A stretch of DNA of 64,000 nt, taken from positions 27,504-91,503 of the forward strand of contig CBDBGD010000001.1 of assembly GCA_965205235.1 (NCBI GenBank), written 5' to 3'. Source of the DNA: Dehalococcoidia bacterium. Lineage in GTDB: Bacteria; Chloroflexota; Dehalococcoidia; Lucifugimonadales; UBA1127. The notes beneath the pieces are model-generated. The model was not told where the DNA came from and made no database searches. It saw only the letters and a list, made by a program, of their open reading frames with translations. Below, one piece after another: positions 24,298-31,348 of the stretch (position 1 is the first letter of the stretch; each line of letters opens with the position of its first letter). The translations under genes and the position numbers were made by a program.

Positions 24298-24774
24298 ATG
24301 GCACACCATGCGGGACACGTAGAGGAGAAGCTCAAGAGCATGGGCTACACCCTCCCGGAGCCGCCGCCGCCGGCCGGCAGCTACGTCCCCTACGTCAGGA
24401 CGGGCAACCTGGTCTACCTGGCGGGGGTGGGGCCCCGCGACGCCGACGGCAACACCACCAAGGGCAAGGTGGGCAGTGACCTCACCGTCGAAGAGGGGTA
24501 CGCGGCGGCGCGCCTCTGCGCCCTGAACTCCCTGGCGAACCTCAAGGCCGGCCTCGGCGACCTGGACAAGGTCACCCGTGTCGTGAAGGTCCTAGGCATG
24601 GTCAACGGCGCCCCGGACTTCAACGCCCATCCCGCCGTCATCAACGGCTACTCGGACCTCATGGTCGAGCTGTTCGGCGAGAACGGCAGGCACGCCCGAT
24701 CGGCCGTCGGCATGGGCGGCCTCCCCGGCGGCATGGCCGTCGAGGTCGAGGTCATCTTCGAGGTCCACGACTAG
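24298..24774 (+). CDS. RidA/YjgF/L-PSP family protein
   Basis: 'GNLVYLAGVGPRD...GKVG.DLTVEEGYAAARLCALN' and C-terminal 'HARSAVGMGGLPGGMAVEVEVIFEV'. TAGGAGG RBS lies before ATG 24298. Confidence 0.85.
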   Translation: MAHHAGHVEEKLKSMGYTLPEPPPPAGSYVPYVRTGNLVYLAGVGPRDADGNTTKGKVGSDLTVEEGYAAARLCALNSLANLKAGLGDLDKVTRVVKVLGMVNGAPDFNAHPAVINGYSDLMVELFGENGRHARSAVGMGGLPGGMAVEVEVIFEVHD

Positions 24775-24812
24775 AGGCGGGCCCTCCACCCTCCTAGCGA
24801 CGACAGGAGGAG

Positions 24813-26153
24813 TTGCCTGTGCAACGTCCCAAGCGGCTGGGCATCCTCGTGGGCGGCGGCCCGGCCCCAGGCATCAACAGCGTCATCAGCGCCGCGACCA
24901 TCGAGGCCGTGAACTCCGGCCTTGAGGTCGTCGGCATCTACGATGGTTTCCAGCACCTGATGGAGGGGCGCACGGACATGGTGCGCCCCCTCGCCATCGC
25001 CGACGTCTCCCGCGTCCACTTCCAGGGCGGCTCGATCCTGCGCACGTCCCGTGCCGTCGTAACCAAGAGCCGCGAGAGCCTGGAGCGGACGGCTGCCACC
25101 CTCCGCGACCTGGAGCTGGACTACCTGCTGACTATCGGCGGCGACGGCATGGCCTCCGCCTCCACCCAGCTCGCACAGGCGACGGACGGCGCCGTCCGCG
25201 TCATCCAGGCGCCAAAGACCATCGACAACGACATCCCCCTGCCGGGGGACATGCCCACCTTCGGCTATGAGACCGCCCGCCACGTGGGCACTGAGCTCGT
25301 GCTGAACCTGATGGAGGACGCCCGCACGACCGCTCGCTGGTTCTTCGTCGTCGTCATGGGACGGGTGGCCGGCCACCTGGCGTTGGGCATCGGCAAGGCC
25401 GCCGGGGCCACCACCACCGTCATCCCGGAGGAGTTCCCCGGGGGAAACATCGGCCTGGACGACCTGTGCCTGCTCCTGGAAGGCTCGATCATCAAACGCA
25501 TGGCCACCGGGCGGGGGTACGGCGTCGCCGTCATCGCCGAGGGTGTGGGCGACCGCATCGACCCCCAGGAGCTTGCCGGCATTCCTGGCGTCGCCGTCGA
25601 GTACGACCCCCACGGCCAGCTCCGGCTCGGCGAGATCCCGCTGGCGACGGTCCTGCGCCGCGAGGTGCAGCGCCGCCTCGCCGAGCGCGGCGTTCGCATC
25701 ACCATCAGCGAGGCGGCCAGCCTCGGGTACACCCTGCGCAGCGCCCGCCCCATCCCCTTCGACCTCGACTACACCCGGTCCTTGGGCCACGGCGCCGTGC
25801 GCTTGCTCACATCCCCGGACCATCAGGAGAAGCTGCGCTACGGCGGCCTGGTCTGCCTGCAGTCCGGCAACCTCCACCCCGTCCCCTACGCCGACCTGCT
25901 CGACGCCAAGACCGGCCGCACTCGAATGCGCCTGGTCGACCTCGGCTCCCAGACGTACCGGGTGGCGCGGGACTACATGATCCGCCTGGAGGTCCATGAC
26001 TTGGAGGACGAGCGCAGCGCGGAGCTGACCGCCGCCGCGGCGGGCATGACCGTTGACAAGCTTCGGGCCGTGTACGGACCGTCAGTGTACGCCCGGGCCC
26101 AGGCGGGGGGTCGTGCGCGGGTGGCCCCGGCGTGGGGACCCGCGACGCGCTAG
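24813..26153 (+). CDS. pfk: 6-phosphofructokinase (ATP- or PPi-dependent, group not resolved)
   Basis: 'KRLGILVGGGPAPGINSVISA', 'LTIGGDG', 'PKTIDNDI', 'MGRVAGHLAL'. TTG start at 24813 follows AGGAGG. Confidence 0.85.
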   Translation: MPVQRPKRLGILVGGGPAPGINSVISAATIEAVNSGLEVVGIYDGFQHLMEGRTDMVRPLAIADVSRVHFQGGSILRTSRAVVTKSRESLERTAATLRDLELDYLLTIGGDGMASASTQLAQATDGAVRVIQAPKTIDNDIPLPGDMPTFGYETARHVGTELVLNLMEDARTTARWFFVVVMGRVAGHLALGIGKAAGATTTVIPEEFPGGNIGLDDLCLLLEGSIIKRMATGRGYGVAVIAEGVGDRIDPQELAGIPGVAVEYDPHGQLRLGEIPLATVLRREVQRRLAERGVRITISEAASLGYTLRSARPIPFDLDYTRSLGHGAVRLLTSPDHQEKLRYGGLVCLQSGNLHPVPYADLLDAKTGRTRMRLVDLGSQTYRVARDYMIRLEVHDLEDERSAELTAAAAGMTVDKLRAVYGPSVYARAQAGGRARVAPAWGPATR

Positions 26154-26776
26154 TCTCGGACCACCCGCATGTTGCGCCCATGGGGGGCGCGTGGCGTGAC
26201 GCCCAACTCCTGCTGCAGGCTCCCGAGAATCTCCTCCAGCGTGCGGGTCTGCCATCGCACTCGCTGGCCGATGGGGAGGTTCTCCACCTCCGGCACGATC
26301 TTCAGCGCCACGAAGACCGGCCCCGGCTCCTCGAGTATGCGCCCCACGCTGCTGGCGAAGTCCTCCAGGTTGTCGAACGAGTACGCGGACGGATAGCCTG
26401 AACCCCTGGCGATGAGGTCGTACTGGATGCTGCGCGCATTGGGCACCGGCTGGCCGCCGGTGGTCGCGTAGCACTCGTTGTCGAGGACGAAGTGGTAGAA
26501 GTTGCGGGGCGCCTTCTCGGCGATGGTGGGCAGGGCGCCGAGGTTCATGAGCAGGTCGCCCTCGGAGTCGAACAGGACCACCTTGACGTCGGGCTGTGCC
26601 AGCGCGAGGCCGAAGGCGAAGGAGGCGTGGCCGCCCATGGCCGGGTCGCCCAGCGGCACGTCGCGGCCGGGTTTGCCGCTGATCTCCTGCCAGTGGCGGC
26701 TGGCGCGCCCCGGCACGACGACGGCGTCGCCGCGATAGGGGAGAAAGGCTTGCACGAGTTGGGTTGTGTCGATCAC
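26150..26776 (-). CDS. TPP-dependent decarboxylase beta subunit (sulfopyruvate/phosphonopyruvate decarboxylase ComE-like)
   Basis: TPP-binding C-terminal module 'GDPAMGGHASFAFGLALA...VVLFDSEGDLLMNLGALPT...VLDNECYATTGGQ'. It pairs with the upstream alpha subunit. Confidence 0.7.
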   Translation of the reverse strand: MIDTTQLVQAFLPYRGDAVVVPGRASRHWQEISGKPGRDVPLGDPAMGGHASFAFGLALAQPDVKVVLFDSEGDLLMNLGALPTIAEKAPRNFYHFVLDNECYATTGGQPVPNARSIQYDLIARGSGYPSAYSFDNLEDFASSVGRILEEPGPVFVALKIVPEVENLPIGQRVRWQTRTLEEILGSLQQELGVTPRAPHGRNMRVVRD

Positions 26777-26798
26777 CGTTCGTCCTCCGTGCCTGCGG

Positions 26799-27320
26799 CT
26801 AGTGTACGAAGCCGTGGTACTCGTCGCCGACCAGCACCGCCACGGGGCGGCCCAGGCGCTCCGCGTCCTTGAACGCCACGTTGATGCGGTCGGCGTCGGC
26901 GTCGGTCTCGACGAGGTAGTAGCGGATGCCCATCGCGGTCAGTATCGGCTCCGTGAAGTTGGCCACCTCCGCCTCGCTGCGGACGCCGCGGCGGTTCCAG
27001 CCCCGGTAGCCGACCATCACCACCAGCGGCACGTTCAGCCCGATGCCCCATCCGCGGAGCGAGTCCGAAGACTCCAGCAGGCCGGTGTTCTGGATGAGCA
27101 CCACGGGCCGCTTGCCGCCAACGGTCAGGCCGGCGGCGGTGGAGAAGGCCTGCCCCTCCCGGCTGACCGTGATCAGGTCGATGTTGGGGTCGGCGTCCAG
27201 GAGGAGGTAGAGGAAGTTGGTCTCGCTGTCAGGCAGCCAGACCACGTGGGTGACGCCGTTGTTTCGCAGCTCCGCCACGATGGTCTCCGCGCTCAGACCG
27301 CCCTGCTGCTCCTCCGCCAT
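26799..27320 (-). CDS. TPP-dependent decarboxylase alpha subunit (ComD-like)
   Basis: Start is at ATG 27320 (MAEEQQ). 'GVTHVVWLPDSETNFL...VSREGQAFSTAAGLTVGGKRPVVLIQNTGLLES' is the Pyr-domain of split sulfopyruvate decarboxylases. Confidence 0.7.
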   Translation of the reverse strand: MAEEQQGGLSAETIVAELRNNGVTHVVWLPDSETNFLYLLLDADPNIDLITVSREGQAFSTAAGLTVGGKRPVVLIQNTGLLESSDSLRGWGIGLNVPLVVMVGYRGWNRRGVRSEAEVANFTEPILTAMGIRYYLVETDADADRINVAFKDAERLGRPVAVLVGDEYHGFVH

Positions 27321-27448
27321 GGCACGGGCCTCCCTCTGCGTTGTCGTGGGCTGATTGTATAATGCGGGTGTGCAACGCCACAACTCGCCGCTGCGAAGGG
27401 TTGGGTGAGGATGCAGGCAAGAGCGGCGATGCCGCCAAAGGAGGAGCC

Positions 27449-27799
27449 ATGGTACAGCTTGTCGAGCAGAAGTGCGTCGCATGCCGCCGCGACGCCCCGC
27501 GGGTAACCGACGAGGAGGTCGCCGAGCTCCACCCGCAGGTCGCAGACTGGGCGCTGGAGACCGAGGACGATATTCCGAAGCTGTTTCGGACGTTCCGCTT
27601 CGGCAACTTCGGCGAGGCGCTGGCCTTCACGATGGCCGTCGGCGAACTGGCGGAGGAGGAGGGCCACCACCCGCGCATCGTCACCGAGTGGGGGCGCGTG
27701 GCGGTGACGTGGTGGACGCACAAGATCCGCGGCCTGCACCGCAACGACTTCATCATGGCCGCGAAGACGGACCGGCTGTTCGGGGGCGGGCAGGGGTAG
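27449..27799 (+). CDS. Pterin-4a-carbinolamine dehydratase
   Basis: 'FRFGNFGEALAFTMAVGELAEEEGHHPRI....WGRVAVTWWTH' is the PCD signature. GGAGGAG RBS lies before ATG 27449. Confidence 0.85.
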   Translation: MVQLVEQKCVACRRDAPRVTDEEVAELHPQVADWALETEDDIPKLFRTFRFGNFGEALAFTMAVGELAEEEGHHPRIVTEWGRVAVTWWTHKIRGLHRNDFIMAAKTDRLFGGGQG

Positions 27800-27828
27800 G
27801 AGTCAGCTACAAGCGCGCCCCTTGACGA

Positions 27829-28122
27829 ATGGCAAATTGTCCATACAATATAGGGTTAGAGTACGAGTGGGACGCTGAGAAGAACGAGGCCAACCTCGCG
27901 GCAGGGCGACCCGGCTTCCAGGTTGTTGAACAGTTCGATTGGGAGACAGCCATGGTGGTTTCCAGCCACCGAGGCAGTGAGATGCGATGGGCAGCAATCG
28001 GTTTCGTGGGCGAGCGGCTGTATCACATCGTATTCACCGAACGTGGGAGCACGACGCGCATCATCAGCGTGCGCTTGGCAAGCAGAAGGGAGAGGAGGAA
28101 CTATGCTCTCCAATGGGCGTGA
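27829..28122 (+). CDS. brnT: BrnT-family (DUF497) type II toxin
   Basis: 'YEWDAEKNEANL' N-terminal motif and 'RIISVRLASRRERRNY' C-terminus. 97 aa. G+C is lower than in the surroundings. Confidence 0.7.
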   Translation: MANCPYNIGLEYEWDAEKNEANLAAGRPGFQVVEQFDWETAMVVSSHRGSEMRWAAIGFVGERLYHIVFTERGSTTRIISVRLASRRERRNYALQWA

Positions 28123-28414
28123 GATACACCTCCCCACAGACGAGGAAGAGGCGGCCATCCAGCGGCACATCGCCGAGGACCCGGATGCTGCGGAGTGGAC
28201 GGACCAAGACTGGGCCCGCGCTCGCCCTGCCGTAGAGGTTGTTCCGCAGATCGTGGAGCGCTATCGTCGCTCGCGAGGCAGGCAGAAGGCGCCGACGAAA
28301 GCGAAGGTCACGGTTCGGCTCGACGCGGATATCGTGGACTACTTCCGCGGGACTGGCCGAGGATGGCAGACAAGGCTCAACGAGGCGCTGCGGAAGGTCG
28401 CCGACGGATCGTAG
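28103..28414 (+). CDS. brnA: BrnA-family antitoxin (RHH/CopG-like C-terminus)
   Basis: ATG 28103 overlaps the brnT 3' end by 20 nt. C-terminal 'KVTVRLDADIVDYFRGTGRGWQTRLNEALRKV' is the BrnA signature. Confidence 0.7.
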   Translation: MLSNGREIHLPTDEEEAAIQRHIAEDPDAAEWTDQDWARARPAVEVVPQIVERYRRSRGRQKAPTKAKVTVRLDADIVDYFRGTGRGWQTRLNEALRKVADGS

Positions 28415-28456
28415 GAGCGGGGCCGCTGTTGCGCCGATGGTGTCGGCTGCGGTTTC

Positions 28457-28533
28457 TGGGGTGAGCGAAGGGATTCGAACCCTCGATCTCCTGGGCCACA
28501 GCCAGGCGCCTTAACCACTTGGCCACGCTCACC
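28457..28533 (-). tRNA. tRNA-His (anticodon GUG) with encoded G-1 and CCA
   Basis: The reverse complement GGTGAGCGTGGCCAAGTGGTTAAGGCGCCTGGCTGTGGCCCAGGAGATCGAGGGTTCGAATCCCTTCGCTCACCCCA has anticodon loop CTGTGGC. The extra 5' G pairs with C73. Confidence 0.9.
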
Positions 28534-28566
28534 ATCGCACGGCTGTGCAGTCTACCACGCCCATGT

Positions 28567-28630
28567 AGTCGCTCACAACCGCGGGCCTGTGGCCGGCGCC
28601 CGTATGCGCTACAATGCCGCGTATGTTGAC
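28567..28630 (+). repeat. Shared 5' module, copy 1 (promoter-like region plus start of a lipoprotein gene)
   Basis: AGTCGCTCACAACCGCGGGCCTGTGGCCGG...GCTACAATGCCGCGTATGTTGA recurs at 31285-31348. Includes TACAAT at 28610-28615. Confidence 0.8.
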
Positions 28631-30863
28631 CGTGTTGCGCCGTATCGTGATGCTTGGCGCCGTTTCCCTCGCCGCTGCCGCCTCATCGATGGCCTGCGGA
28701 CCTCCGCCGGACCTGTCTGCGCTCACCCCCACTCCGGCCCCCACCGCGACACCGACGGCTGCACCCACGCCGACCGCCGCTGTCATACCGACTCCCACTC
28801 CCGTTCCCGATGCCGTACCCACACCTAATCTCGGCGCCACACCTCCGCCGCGCCCTGATACGGTCCCTACACCTATTGCTGGGGCCACCGCCACTGTCGT
28901 CGTCACTCCTACCCCGGAGGTCGTGTCCACAGCCATCCCCAATGCCACCCCTACACCCGGAGAGCAGAGGGCGCTTTCCCGGGACTGGCTTGCCCTGGTG
29001 GCGCTCTACAACGCCACCGACGGCGTGAACTGGAACAACGATGCGAACTGGCTCAGTGACGAGCCCTTCGACACGTGGTACGGAGTCACAGCGGACGACA
29101 ACGAACGAGTTACGGGACTGGGGCTGGGCGAGAATGGCCTGAGCGGACACATACCACCAGAAATCGGTGACCTGTCGAACCTGGTGACACTGGAACTCAA
29201 CGCCAACCACCTGGCCGGCGAGATACCACCCGAACTCACCACACTTTCCAAGCTGACGCACCTGGACCTCAGCGGCAACCAGCTGAGCGGCGACTTGCCC
29301 GCCGGACTCGGCGCCCTGCCCGATCTGGCCCACCTGTCGTTAGATTCCAACCAGCTTAGCGGCGAGATACCCGCCGAGTTGGGCGGCCTCTCAAAGCTGA
29401 CCTACCTGGACATAGGCGGCAACCGGCTGAGCGGCGAAATGCCCGGTGATCTGGGTGGCCTCTCCAGCCTGATCCATCTGGACCTGTCCGGTAATCGACT
29501 GAACGGGGAGATCCCGCCGCAGATCGGCAATCTGTCCAACCTGACCCTTCTGGACTTGGGCGGCAACTACTTCACCGGCGGCATACCCGCCGAGCTGGAC
29601 AACCTGTTCAACCTGGTTCGCCTCTCGCTCGGCTCCAACCGGCTGGGCGGCGAGATATCGTCCGGACTGGCTGGCCTCTCCGGGCTGACCCATCTTGACT
29701 TAAGCCACAATGTGCTGAGGGGCCGGATACCCTCCCAACTGGGCAGTCTGTCCAACCTGGTTCTCCTGTCGCTCGGCTCCAATCAGCTTAGCGGTGAGAT
29801 ACCTTCCGGACTGGCTGACCTCTCCCAGGTGACCCATCTGGATCTGAGTGAAAACAGACTGAGGGGCGGCGTACCCACGGAACTCGGTAGACTGTCTAGC
29901 CTGGAATGGCTATTGCTGGACCGCAATCAGTTGAGCGGTCCGATACCCACCGAACTGGGCAATCTGTCAAACCTCGCCCATCTGTCGCTCGGCTTCAACC
30001 GGTTGAACGGGCGGATACCGATGGAGCTCGGAAGGTTGTCCAAATTGCAGTGGTTGTATCTGCAGGGGAACCGGCTCGATGGGGACATCCCTGCTGAACT
30101 TGGCAGCCTATCCAGCTTGGAATACCTCTGGCTGAACGACAACCGGCTAACCGGGCACATACCGGCCCAGCTTGGCGGTCTGTCCAACTTGGTCGTCCTC
30201 TGGCTCGACGTCAACCTGCTGACGGGTGACATACCAGCCGAGCTCGGCAATCTGAACAGGCTGACGGAGCTGAACCTCACCAGCAATCAATTGAGCGGCC
30301 GGATACCCCCGCAGCTCGGCAACCTGTCCCGGCTCCATTGGCTGCTGCTGAAAGACAACCAGTTGAGTGGGGCGATACCCCCGCAGATCGGCGCATTGTC
30401 GAGCTTGACGGTCCTGGACCTCAAGGATAACCGCTTGAGCGGGGAGATACCGTCACAGATCGGTAACTTGTCGAGCTTGGGTACTCTCGATATCACCAAC
30501 AATCAGTTGAGCGGCCGGATACCCTCGCACCTCGGCGACCTGTCCCGGCTCCATTGGCTGCTGCTGGCAGACAACCAGTTGAGTGGGGCAATACCCCCGC
30601 AGATCGGCGCATTGTCAAGCCTGATAGTCCTGGATCTCTCGAACAACCGGTTGAGCGGGGGGATACCGGCGGAGTTTGGCGCACTATCCAGTCTTGAGTC
30701 GCTGCTGGTGTACCGTAACAGATTGTCCGGCCAGCTTCCTCGCACCCTGACTGGACTTTCGGCTCTAACGCAGTTCAGTTACGGCGATAACGCCGGCCTC
30801 TGCGCGCCTGACGACGAAACATTCCAAGAGTGGCTGCTCGACAGAGGGTGGGGCGACTGTTAG
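28614..30863 (+). CDS. Lipoprotein with Pro/Thr-rich linker and ~23 plant-type (24-residue) leucine-rich repeats
   Basis: Signal 'LGAVSLAAAASSMAC', then a PT-rich linker. An LRRNT-like cap follows ('LVALYNATDGVNWNNDANWLSDEPFDTWYGVT'). Then come repeats of 'LxxLxxLxLxxNxLSGxIPxxLGxLS'. An alternative leaderless start is ATG 28623. Confidence 0.85.
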   Translation: MPRMLTVLRRIVMLGAVSLAAAASSMACGPPPDLSALTPTPAPTATPTAAPTPTAAVIPTPTPVPDAVPTPNLGATPPPRPDTVPTPIAGATATVVVTPTPEVVSTAIPNATPTPGEQRALSRDWLALVALYNATDGVNWNNDANWLSDEPFDTWYGVTADDNERVTGLGLGENGLSGHIPPEIGDLSNLVTLELNANHLAGEIPPELTTLSKLTHLDLSGNQLSGDLPAGLGALPDLAHLSLDSNQLSGEIPAELGGLSKLTYLDIGGNRLSGEMPGDLGGLSSLIHLDLSGNRLNGEIPPQIGNLSNLTLLDLGGNYFTGGIPAELDNLFNLVRLSLGSNRLGGEISSGLAGLSGLTHLDLSHNVLRGRIPSQLGSLSNLVLLSLGSNQLSGEIPSGLADLSQVTHLDLSENRLRGGVPTELGRLSSLEWLLLDRNQLSGPIPTELGNLSNLAHLSLGFNRLNGRIPMELGRLSKLQWLYLQGNRLDGDIPAELGSLSSLEYLWLNDNRLTGHIPAQLGGLSNLVVLWLDVNLLTGDIPAELGNLNRLTELNLTSNQLSGRIPPQLGNLSRLHWLLLKDNQLSGAIPPQIGALSSLTVLDLKDNRLSGEIPSQIGNLSSLGTLDITNNQLSGRIPSHLGDLSRLHWLLLADNQLSGAIPPQIGALSSLIVLDLSNNRLSGGIPAEFGALSSLESLLVYRNRLSGQLPRTLTGLSALTQFSYGDNAGLCAPDDETFQEWLLDRGWGDC

Positions 30864-30983
30864 CAGCACAACTGATCGGCGACAAGCGGGCCTAACATCT
30901 CGTAGGGCGTCAGCGGGCATTGCCGTGAACGCGTTGGTGGGCCCGTCAAGCCTCTACCCGCAGTGGGGTGACGCCTCACCCCC

Positions 30984-31286
30984 CTACCCCAAGAAACCGT
31001 AGAGCTTGCCGGCGTTGTCGCGGATGATCTTGCGGCGACGCCGCTCGTCGAGGCGGCCCAGGTCCTGCTCGATGGTCGCCTGGGAGTCGGGCCAGACGCC
31101 GTCGGGGTGGGGGTAGTCGGAGCCCCAGATCGCGTTGTCCTCGCCCACCAGGTCCACCATGTCGGCCAGGATGCTGTCGGTCTGGTACGTGGAGTGGCCC
31201 TGCCGTCGCCAGTACTCGCTGGGCAGCATGGGCAGGTCGACGGCGTGGCGCTCGTCCTCGCGATGGGCGTCCATGCGGGCGAGCAG
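30984..31286 (-). pseudogene. Truncated duplicate of the 3' end (last ~100 codons) of the amidohydrolase gene at 32855-33991
   Basis: About 303 bp align with 32855-33157 at roughly 90%+ identity by eye. Peptide '...ARMDAHREDERHAVDLPMLPSEYWRRQGHSTYQTDSILADMVDLVGEDNAIWGSDYPHPDGVWPDSQATIEQDLGRLDERRRRKIIRDNAGKLYGFLG'. Homology ends abruptly at the shared 5' module. Confidence 0.8.
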
Positions 31287-31348
31287 TCGCTCACAACCGC
31301 GGGCCTGTGGCCGGGCGGTCGCATGGGCTACAATGCCGCGTATGTTGA
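31285..31348 (+). repeat. Shared 5' module, copy 2
   Basis: Same sequence as 28567-28630. TACAAT at 31329-31334. Confidence 0.8.

Noticed and set aside
28529-28948. Minus-strand ORFs antisense to the Pro/Thr-rich linkers of the two lipoproteins (28529-28948 and 30984-31763), rich in Gly/Val/Ala.
   Set aside because: They are the reverse-complement reading of ACN/CCN-rich linker codons and carry no independent signals. The 3' part of 30984-31763 is the amidohydrolase pseudogene fragment, not a functional fusion.
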